Part shown: positions 1 through 6,111 of the stretch, one piece after another
How the letters are laid out: the number at the start of each line of letters is the position of its first letter
How positions within the stretch are numbered: the first letter of the stretch is position 1
Virus record (IMG/VR): IMGVR_UViG_3300032335_000021
Location: 1 to 24,549 of that record
DNA length: 24,549 nt
DNA from: a virus
Taxonomy: Duplodnaviria > Caudoviricetes
Reading direction: 5' to 3' (one strand)
Notes under the pieces: generated by a model
Database searches by the model: none
The model's input: only the letters and a program-made list of their open reading frames with translations
What the model was told of the DNA's origin: nothing
Translations under genes and position numbers: made by a program

Positions 1-42
1 ATAAAATCACGACTGACAGCGCGTACAAATGTTGAAGTATGG

Positions 43-255
43 TCATGCTGCCTCCAAAATCTGAATGACTCTGTTCCTGCATCGGGCAACTTCAATTTCA
101 GACAGCGTTTTCGACAGGTCTTGTGCGATAGCCGTTGCGTCACTAGAACCCTGCTCGTCTGGCGCGGTGATGGCAAGCACGAGGGCGAGGGTCAGCGCGT
201 CTTCTGTGGTGTTAGGTTTTGGCAATTTGAGTTTGGTGAAATCTATTTTTCTCAT
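43..255 (-). CDS. Small hypothetical phage early protein (70 aa)
   Basis: ORF with AGGAG RBS (aaacAGGAGagtgacATG); lies in a tightly packed minus-strand gene run. Confidence 0.75.
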   Translation of the reverse strand: MRKIDFTKLKLPKPNTTEDALTLALVLAITAPDEQGSSDATAIAQDLSKTLSEIEVARCRNRVIQILEAA

Positions 256-268
256 GTCACTCTCCTGT

Positions 269-448
269 TTAAATGCTGATGGTTTTCTGATCGATGATGA
301 CGGTCATGCCCATGCGCTTGATGTCTGCAAGATTCTGGACATCGAATGTCTTCTGTCGCATCAGGTCTGCAAACTTCTGCGCGAGGTCGTTGACCGGATA
401 GAACTTGAAGTTCCCGTAGACAACGCGCTGCTCGACGATGATGTTCAT
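269..448 (-). CDS. Small hypothetical phage protein (59 aa, MNIIVEQRVVYGNFKFYPVNDLAQKFADLMRQKTF...), absent from the ORF track
   Basis: Read manually. AGGAG RBS, ATGA overlap with the stop of 445..639, TAA at 271-269; fills the gap exactly. Confidence 0.8.
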   Translation of the reverse strand: MNIIVEQRVVYGNFKFYPVNDLAQKFADLMRQKTFDVQNLADIKRMGMTVIIDQKTISI

Positions 449-639
449 CGTGCGTCTCCTTCGTTGAGTCGGGTGGGGTCAGCACTGACCCATTTCATCC
501 AATCGCTGACAACTTGCCGCGCTTCTTTACGAGTCAGGTCAAACATGCTCTCGACATGCGGTGCTGCGCCAAACATGTTGACTGCGCCAGATGCGCGAAG
601 TTGGTTGAGGTAGTGGAACTCAGGGCGAACTTCGGTCAT
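445..639 (-). CDS. Small phage protein with LRxSGxxNMF motif (DUF5049-like)
   Basis: RBS AGGAGACACGACCATG. Motif YLNQLRASGAVNMFGA recalled from small phage proteins; family name is tentative. Confidence 0.7.
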   Translation of the reverse strand: MTEVRPEFHYLNQLRASGAVNMFGAAPHVESMFDLTRKEARQVVSDWMKWVSADPTRLNEGDAR

Positions 640-664
640 GGTCGTGTCTCCTATTTGTGGAAGA

Positions 665-686
665 GGCGGGGTGGCAGTCCCCCGCC
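665..686 (-). other. Intergenic GC-rich hairpin (7-bp stem)
   Basis: GGCGGGG (665-671) / CCCCGCC (680-686) inverted repeat with no U-tract, so more likely a stabiliser or processing hairpin than a terminator. Confidence 0.5.
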
Positions 687-693
687 GGGGTGG

Positions 694-954
694 TCAGATG
701 GTTGTGCGGCGATGCTCTGCAATCTTGCGCTTGACCCACTTAATAGCGGCCTGTTGCGCTTCGGCGTATGACCGGAAGTAACGGTAGCGGGTGGAGCCAT
801 CGCCGTTTGCACGAGTCACCAACATCGCACTGCCGTTGGGTTCCACCGAAATCTTGGCGGCAAACTGACGACCCAAATAGTCCTTCGGTAAAGCGTTGTT
901 CTTGACAATTGCGACGAGGGTGCCGTTGTTCTTGTAGGTTTCGATAAATTCCAT
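694..954 (-). CDS. Hypothetical basic phage early protein (86 aa)
   Basis: ORF preceded by the same AGGAGACACGACCATG initiation region. Confidence 0.75.
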   Translation of the reverse strand: MEFIETYKNNGTLVAIVKNNALPKDYLGRQFAAKISVEPNGSAMLVTRANGDGSTRYRYFRSYAEAQQAAIKWVKRKIAEHRRTTI

Positions 955-968
955 GGTCGTGTCTCCTG

Positions 969-1211
969 TTAGATGCTGTTCAAAACGATCTTCGCGATAC
1001 GGGCGAGGCGCACTGCCTCATCGTCGCCACCCGCAGCCGACTCAGGAATGCCGTCGAGGTACTCGTAGCAGAATTGCAGCGCGGCGTGGAGGTCTGGCGC
1101 GGCTTCTGCGATTCGCTCTTCACGGGCGACCTCACGCTCGTACTGCGTGTCGCTGATTGCCTTTTCCATGTTGACGGGGATGCGATTGATGGCGATGTAC
1201 TTGAAGGTCAT
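969..1211 (-). CDS. Hypothetical phage early protein (80 aa)
   Basis: RBS caacacAGGAGcaacgacATG directly downstream of a promoter; contains an IAxAPDL-type motif common in phage proteins. Confidence 0.75.
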   Translation of the reverse strand: MTFKYIAINRIPVNMEKAISDTQYEREVAREERIAEAAPDLHAALQFCYEYLDGIPESAAGGDDEAVRLARIAKIVLNSI

Positions 1212-1238
1212 GTCGTTGCTCCTGTGTTGATGTTGAGT

Positions 1239-1267
1239 AGTATAGTCGATAACAAGTAATCATGCAA
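1239..1267 (-). promoter_or_regulatory. sigma70-type promoter
   Basis: -35 TTGCAT (1267-1262), 17-bp spacer, -10 TATACT (1244-1239), in an AT-rich intergenic gap. Confidence 0.75.
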
Positions 1268-1269
1268 GC

Positions 1270-1298
1270 AAAAGGGGGGAGGGGCGGCTCATGCCGCC
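1270..1298 (-). terminator. Possible weak terminator after the vWA-like gene
   Basis: GGCGGC-AUGA-GCCGCC hairpin over the stop codon, then a C-rich spacer and UUUU; the U-tract is not adjacent to the stem. Confidence 0.3.
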
Positions 1299-2077
1299 GC
1301 CGCCGCCCGTTGCCAAAGTTTCATCACCGTCTGGACTGCGCGTTCAGGGGTCGAGTACTCGCTGCCGCTGATGTTCGGGATGGCGAGGTCGCAGTCCCTG
1401 CACTCGTCTGCGAAGTGGGTAGAGACCCCGTATGAATCCACCACGCTAGGGGTCATGAATTCCAAGACCCGAAAGAAGAACCGGCGCAGCATGATGGGCG
1501 TTGCAAAGCACAACCCGACCCGATCCATGTCGATGGGTTCCTCCGGTCGTTTAACCGTGACAGACCAGACGAACTTGTCATTGCTCATGAAATCGTTGCC
1601 GTGCTTGATTGCAATCAATTCAACACGCCGACCGGACAACTGAATCCGGTCGATGAGCGAGACGATAGCGACCCCACGGTTTACGATGTCCTGTGCGTCC
1701 ACATGGCAGTTAGCCGACATGTTCACGGCGATGCGGACGATGGGCGACTGTACTGGCGGTGCGATGTCGGACATGGCGAACATGTCCTCCGGAACACCGG
1801 CTGCATTCGCCGGGATGCAAGGGAATGCGCCGACCGGAGCCGTGTCCCACATGGGTTCCGGTTCCATCGTCACTTTGACCGCCGCAGATTCGATTGCAGC
1901 GCGTCCGGCAGGGTGACCCTTGACGGCGTACTCCAGTGCATCTTCCCATGTCTCGCAGCCCGACCAGTCAACCCGACCAACTGACTCCGACCCGCCATCA
2001 GCCCAGTTGATTTTGCGGGTGCGGAGGTCATGGACAAACTCGTCCCACGATTCTGCGGTGTAGCGGTAAACGGTCAT
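1289..2077 (-). CDS. vWA-like partner of the AAA+ ATPase (CobT/DUF7192-like), 262 aa from MTVYRY
   Basis: ATGA overlap with the AAA gene. Beta strand plus degenerate MIDAS (IVRIAVNMSAN) followed by helix and strand (LIDRIQLSGRRVEL). Start moved from 2284 to 2077. Confidence 0.7.
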   Translation of the reverse strand: MTVYRYTAESWDEFVHDLRTRKINWADGGSESVGRVDWSGCETWEDALEYAVKGHPAGRAAIESAAVKVTMEPEPMWDTAPVGAFPCIPANAAGVPEDMFAMSDIAPPVQSPIVRIAVNMSANCHVDAQDIVNRGVAIVSLIDRIQLSGRRVELIAIKHGNDFMSNDKFVWSVTVKRPEEPIDMDRVGLCFATPIMLRRFFFRVLEFMTPSVVDSYGVSTHFADECRDCDLAIPNISGSEYSTPERAVQTVMKLWQRAAAAA

Positions 2078-3078
2078 GCTGCTTTCCTCTTGGGCATGTT
2101 GGATCGAACCTTGTCGATGTCGAGCGGTGATAGGTTGCGGGTCAGGACGAGTTCCTCGACACGGTTCCAGTCGAGACCGGCTGACAGCAACTTGCCACCC
2201 TTGATGGATGCGCGTGGGCTGACCACATGGCGCAACTTCAACTCGCGCACCGCCTTGCGGAACGCTTGGACATGGCGCGTCCATGCGTCATTGGGCGAGA
2301 TGGCGAGTTCCAGACGCTCGTCATAGTCCATCGAGACAAACGAGAACCGGTCGAGGGTCGCGGCATCCAACTGCGACCGCCCCACATACTGGGCATCAGC
2401 ACCCGCGCCAAAGGTGTTGGCAGCGGCGATGATGACAAAGTCGGCGTGGCGTTTAACCGTGCCGCAGGGGAATGCGGCGAGGTCATTGGCAGCGATGGCA
2501 TTGAAGGCGAGAAGCGCCTGAGCGGACGATGCGTCGATTTCATCGAACAGGAACACGCCACCGCCCACATAGGCACGGTACAGGTCGGTCTCCATGTACT
2601 TGCCTTCGGCGTTGATGAACCCTTGCAACTGATACGCCATACCGACAGCACCGGTCGAGTAGAACGGCAGTTCCAGTGCGTCAGCAGCCTGAGCCGCGAT
2701 GGTGGTCTTGCCGGAACCCGCAGGTCCGACGAGGTACACATTCTCGCGGACAGACAGGGCGGCGAGGACATCCGCGAACACTGCGTGACGGTGACCCGCA
2801 GGAAGGGTACGGATGGTCGCACCCTGCTTGATTTCGATGCGGACGGGACGGTGCTGCTCGACCGCAGCGACGGCAGCGGCAATGGCATCACGGCGGATGC
2901 CTTCGATAGTCTCAGCGTCAAGGGACGCAGCAGCCACCGGGGTGGGGTCAACCCCGTTCCAGATGGCGACGAGGACATCGTCTGCGGCGTTGGGCGACTT
3001 GCCCTGCCGCACGGCATGCATCTTCAGGTACGAGCGGTCAGAGTCGCTGAGGGGCAGCGAGAAGGTTCGCTTGGTCAT
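2074..3078 (-). CDS. MoxR/CobS-like AAA+ ATPase, 334 aa from MTKRTF
   Basis: Walker A GPAGSGKT, Walker B FLFDEID, sensor AANT, Arg finger LDAATLDRF. GGAGG RBS before the ATG at 3078. Confidence 0.9.
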   Translation of the reverse strand: MTKRTFSLPLSDSDRSYLKMHAVRQGKSPNAADDVLVAIWNGVDPTPVAAASLDAETIEGIRRDAIAAAVAAVEQHRPVRIEIKQGATIRTLPAGHRHAVFADVLAALSVRENVYLVGPAGSGKTTIAAQAADALELPFYSTGAVGMAYQLQGFINAEGKYMETDLYRAYVGGGVFLFDEIDASSAQALLAFNAIAANDLAAFPCGTVKRHADFVIIAAANTFGAGADAQYVGRSQLDAATLDRFSFVSMDYDERLELAISPNDAWTRHVQAFRKAVRELKLRHVVSPRASIKGGKLLSAGLDWNRVEELVLTRNLSPLDIDKVRSNMPKRKAA

Positions 3079-3080
3079 GT

Positions 3081-3692
3081 TCAAGCCTCCAGTTTCAAGG
3101 TTTCGTACTTTCCGCAGACAGGGCAAGCGGACAGGCCATGCAGCCGGTTCGCCTGAAGGGCGGACACACGCGCCGTCCACCCGCAGCCAGAGCATTGCAG
3201 TTTCAGCAATCGCGTCCCCTGCTTCTTGCGGCTATTCGGATCGATTTTCGCGTGAGGATACGCGCCCAGAATCTGCGCGATGTCGCCCAGTTCATTGGAC
3301 AACCACGCACCGGCAGTGGTCGAGGTCAGCGCACCGACGAGGTCGATGCCACGGGCGACCCGTGCGAACTCGCCACGGTGACCGCATTGGATACCCGCCC
3401 AGACATGCGCCAGTTCATGCGCGAGAACGGCGAGGACATCCAACGGACGGTCGAGGATGGGGTTGATGAACACCTCGAAGGTGCCATCCGCAGAGATGGA
3501 CGGGTCGAACGCCTGACCTAGTGCCACCTTGCCGCTGCGCGAACCCCGGTACCCAATGGGGAACCCACATGCGACACGGTATCGACGCTGCTCCCATTGT
3601 GCGGGTTCAATCCCTGCACGGGGGAACACTTGGTGCTGTAGGGCGACGGCAGCAGCCGCCAACCACGGTTCGCGTTCTGTGAAATTGGTCAT
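3081..3692 (-). CDS. SprT-like zinc metalloprotease with C-terminal Zn ribbon
   Basis: HELAH (HExxH) followed by GHRGEF; CSGC...CPVC ribbon. Start at 3692 with AAGGAG RBS and ATGA overlap. Confidence 0.8.
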   Translation of the reverse strand: MTNFTEREPWLAAAAVALQHQVFPRAGIEPAQWEQRRYRVACGFPIGYRGSRSGKVALGQAFDPSISADGTFEVFINPILDRPLDVLAVLAHELAHVWAGIQCGHRGEFARVARGIDLVGALTSTTAGAWLSNELGDIAQILGAYPHAKIDPNSRKKQGTRLLKLQCSGCGWTARVSALQANRLHGLSACPVCGKYETLKLEA

Positions 3693-3958
3693 GATTGTTC
3701 TCCTTCGCAATCCCATGCGTGATAGGTGTCAACCCCGTCAGGGTTGGTCTCATCGTCGTAGTCGTCGTCCTCTTCCCATTCCGTCCAGTACGAATCGCCA
3801 TCGCCATCGGCGTAGGCCTTCTGCCATTCCTCTGCCGTGTAGTGCTTGTGCAAGCAAGCATCGGAGCAGTAATACTCACAGCCGCTGTCGATGCAGTAGC
3901 CCTCGTTCATGCCCTTGCCGCACTCGTCGCAAGTACGGGCGTATTTCTTGTAAGCCAT
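3689..3958 (-). CDS. Small Cys-rich (Zn-finger-like) protein with acidic tail, 89 aa from MAYKKY
   Basis: CDEC...CSDAC ligands and a D/E-rich C-terminus; GGAGG RBS before 3958. Confidence 0.7.
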   Translation of the reverse strand: MAYKKYARTCDECGKGMNEGYCIDSGCEYYCSDACLHKHYTAEEWQKAYADGDGDSYWTEWEEDDDYDDETNPDGVDTYHAWDCEGEQS

Positions 3959-3959
3959 G

Positions 3960-4160
3960 TCACTCACCCTCCTTGCCAAAGATGAAATCTGCTTGTGCTT
4001 CCAACACACTCCAGTTGATGCCCTCGTTAGCATCGTGATAACGCTTGGCGTTCCACAGCACTTCCCGTGCTTGCTCGTCGGTCAGGTCAGGTCGCACCTC
4101 TTGCACATCACTGAAATGCCACTCGATGGTGATGGTGTCCCGGTCGTTCGCTTTGCTCAT
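3960..4160 (-). CDS. Small acidic phage protein (66 aa)
   Basis: RBS caacatGGAGagcaagcATG; first gene downstream of the hammerhead. Confidence 0.75.
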   Translation of the reverse strand: MSKANDRDTITIEWHFSDVQEVRPDLTDEQAREVLWNAKRYHDANEGINWSVLEAQADFIFGKEGE

Positions 4161-4207
4161 GCTTGCTCTCCATGTTGCACCCGCATCCAGTGGGGTGCGG
4201 TGTTGGT

Positions 4208-4259
4208 GGTCTCGTCAGGCAGCGCGTTACGCTGCGACGGTCTCGCGACCGTTTCGACC
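4208..4259 (-). ncRNA. Hammerhead self-cleaving ribozyme, type II
   Basis: Minus strand reads GGUC-GAAA-CGGUC(GCGA)GACCG-UC^-GCAGCG(UAACG)CGCUGC-CUGACGA-GACC. All core nucleotides, a GUC triplet and three perfect stems are present. Confidence 0.93.
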
Positions 4260-4261
4260 TG

Positions 4262-4492
4262 TCAGGCAACCTTGGGGTAGGAACGCGGCAGACGCTCTTT
4301 CTTGTCGGCTTTGCGGTAGGCTTTCCAAACCTTTCGATTTAGTTCCGAAACCGCCAAGTACTTGTTCCAAACCTCGTTTTGCTCTGGCGAAAGTTCAGGC
4401 AATGCGCTGTTCTGATTAAGCAGTTGAATGCTCTCGGTGTGCAGGGCGATGCTGATTTTCAGAAGTTCGTCGGCGTTCAATTCGATTCGCAT
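4262..4492 (-). CDS. First early gene, hypothetical (76 aa)
   Basis: RBS caacactGAGGacacgacaATG; follows the leader RNA; stop codon is 2 nt before the hammerhead. Confidence 0.7.
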   Translation of the reverse strand: MRIELNADELLKISIALHTESIQLLNQNSALPELSPEQNEVWNKYLAVSELNRKVWKAYRKADKKERLPRSYPKVA

Positions 4493-4762
4493 TGTCGTGT
4501 CCTCAGTGTTGGTGACTCACCGCAGCACCCCGTGGGATGCTCTGGTCAGTCGAAGGCGTTTTCCGGTTGATTGGGCAGCGTCACGCTTTCGGGCGACTCG
4601 CGAGATGTCGGTCATCGTCTTCAACCCTAGACTTCACCGCTGCTTTAGGCCGGGTTCCCGCTTCAGGGAACCGCCGGGCTGCTTTCGCACTTCCGGCACC
4701 AGAACCTCTTGTCTCTCGACGCGCCGTCTGGGTGCGCTCCGGAGCGTTGCCGCTGCCGGTGA
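4493..4762 (-). ncRNA. Candidate ~270-nt structured 5' leader RNA
   Basis: Lies between a clear promoter and the first RBS. At least six stems with four GNRA tetraloops (GCAA, GAGA, GAAA, GAAA), all on the minus strand. Confidence 0.6.
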
Positions 4763-4767
4763 TGCGT

Positions 4768-4796
4768 ACTCTAGGGATTACATGACCACAAGTCAA
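4768..4796 (-). promoter_or_regulatory. sigma70-type early promoter
   Basis: -35 TTGACT (4796-4791), 17-bp spacer, -10 TAGAGT (4773-4768), with an A-tract upstream. Confidence 0.75.
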
Positions 4797-4829
4797 CAAC
4801 TTTCTTCGTTTACACGACCACAATTAGCC

Positions 4830-4842
4830 TAAGTCACTGATT
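4830..4842 (-). promoter_or_regulatory. IHF-like binding site
   Basis: AATCAGTGACTTA matches WATCARNNNNTTR, in the divergent control region. Confidence 0.4.
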
Positions 4843-4980
4843 ATCGGTCGAATTTAGTTTGCGTTTAATCAGCACCGCAGGTACTTTCAGACCCGAAAAC
4901 AGGGTGACAAAGGCACAAGACCACTCATTGCGTAGTCAAAGAATTACCTAATCACGGCAAAACAAGGGAAATCAGATCGA

Positions 4981-5574
4981 ATGGCAGGCATACGAGACCA
5001 GTACGGGTTGACACCGAAACAGCGGAAATTCGCGGAGAATCTCGCAGACGGCATGACGCAGAGCGATGCGTACAAGTTCGCGTATGACGCGACAGACATG
5101 CAGGGCGACACCATCCGCAACAAGGCTTCAGGATTGGCGCAACGGGGCGATATCAGGGCGGCAGTGGATGCGCTAATGAGCGAGAGGATGCGGATAATGG
5201 AGGTCAAGGGTGTCTCAGACCGCTCGAAAGTGGTGGGTCTGCTGCGCCAGTTCGCTGAGGACGATTCGCGTCCAGACCATGTACGGCTCCGTGCCGTCGA
5301 GTTGTGGGGCAAGACATGCGGCGCGTTCGTGGAGATAGTCGAGGACAGGCGCGACCGTCCTGCTGCGATGGTCGCGGTGGAACTGGAGCGGCGATTGGGT
5401 GCGCTGCTGTCAGCCGCTGCACCTCAGGTCACCGTCATTGACATGCTGCCGGAGCGTTTAGACGGTACGGACGATGACGATGATGGTTCCGTGGACAGCG
5501 ACGATGCGGGTTCCGGGGATGAGGAAGCGCGTGACGCGCACGGTCTAATCGCACACGCGCCCGTGGGGGGTTAA
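4981..5574 (+). CDS. terS: Terminase small subunit
   Basis: N-terminal LTPKQRKFAENLADGMTQSDAYKFAY helix-turn-helix typical of TerS; upstream of terL; acidic tail. Confidence 0.8.
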   Translation: MAGIRDQYGLTPKQRKFAENLADGMTQSDAYKFAYDATDMQGDTIRNKASGLAQRGDIRAAVDALMSERMRIMEVKGVSDRSKVVGLLRQFAEDDSRPDHVRLRAVELWGKTCGAFVEIVEDRRDRPAAMVAVELERRLGALLSAAAPQVTVIDMLPERLDGTDDDDDGSVDSDDAGSGDEEARDAHGLIAHAPVGG

Positions 5575-5644
5575 ACGCAGGCGCATGCGCGGTCTAATCG
5601 CGCACCCGCACCCCCCCGCGTGACATGCGCGTACCCGCGTACCC
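5541..5644. repeat. GC-rich short direct repeats at the terS end
   Basis: CGGTCTAATCGC twice (about 5541 and 5590), GCGTACCC twice in tandem, plus G6 and C7 tracts. Confidence 0.6.
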
Positions 5645-5809
5645 TATATATACGATTTCACTCATCCGATCCCCTACTTTCGCTCCTATCTGTATCATTT
5701 ACGCAACAAATGTAGGGTGGGGGCAGGGGTTAATGTTCCGTAAGTTCCTGTTTTGTATGGAATTTGTGGGGAAAATTTGTGTAGAAAGGGGGTATATGGG
5801 TGTCAGGTA

Positions 5810-5829
5810 AAATTTTTTGCAAAAAATTT
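5810..5829. repeat. Perfect 20-bp AT-rich palindrome
   Basis: AAATTTTTTGCAAAAAATTT is its own reverse complement; 22 bp upstream of the -35 box. Confidence 0.85.
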
Positions 5830-5851
5830 AGCATTTCTGGTGTATTTCTTA

Positions 5852-5880
5852 TTGACTTTTCCCAATTATTGTGATACAAT
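5852..5880 (+). promoter_or_regulatory. Strong sigma70-type promoter for terL and the structural operon
   Basis: -35 TTGACT (5852-5857), 17-bp spacer, extended -10 TGnTACAAT (5872-5880). Confidence 0.8.
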
Positions 5881-5995
5881 AGGACTTGTTATAAAGGATT
5901 GCGAGTCGAGGGACTGACTAAAGGTGAACACGAGCAATCCATACATCGAAGTGATGCGTTAAAGGGGATATTGTAAGGGAATATTGTAGTGTCAA

Positions 5996-6031
5996 TCTCT
6001 ACACCCCCCTTTTGAGGGGGGGGTGTAGAGA
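5996..6031. other. 14-bp perfect inverted repeat in the terL leader
   Basis: TCTCTACACCCCCC / GGGGGGTGTAGAGA. Confidence 0.8.
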
Positions 6032-6111
6032 AGAGGTGATAGGGGAGACGGCGCGAAGACGAAGTTGTGATGAAACGGGGGCTATTGTCCCTGCATTTTG
6101 AGGTACATTCG

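Noticed and set aside
3157-3183. Minus-strand hairpin GGGTGGAC...GTCCGCCC
   Set aside because: Lies within the SprT-like coding sequence; plausible by chance in GC-rich DNA.
2078-4033. Longer starts given in the ORF track (2284, 3195, 3716, 4033)
   Set aside because: They overlap upstream genes; the internal ATGs at 2077, 3078, 3692 and 3958 have RBSs and coupled stops.
4653-4672. Resemblance of CCCUGAAGCGGG to lambda boxB
   Set aside because: The closing pair does not fit the boxB pentaloop and no boxA was found nearby.
4581-4823. 80-aa minus-strand ORF over the leader
   Set aside because: Starts upstream of the promoter, has no RBS and a low-complexity Arg/Ala composition; RNA structure explains the region better.
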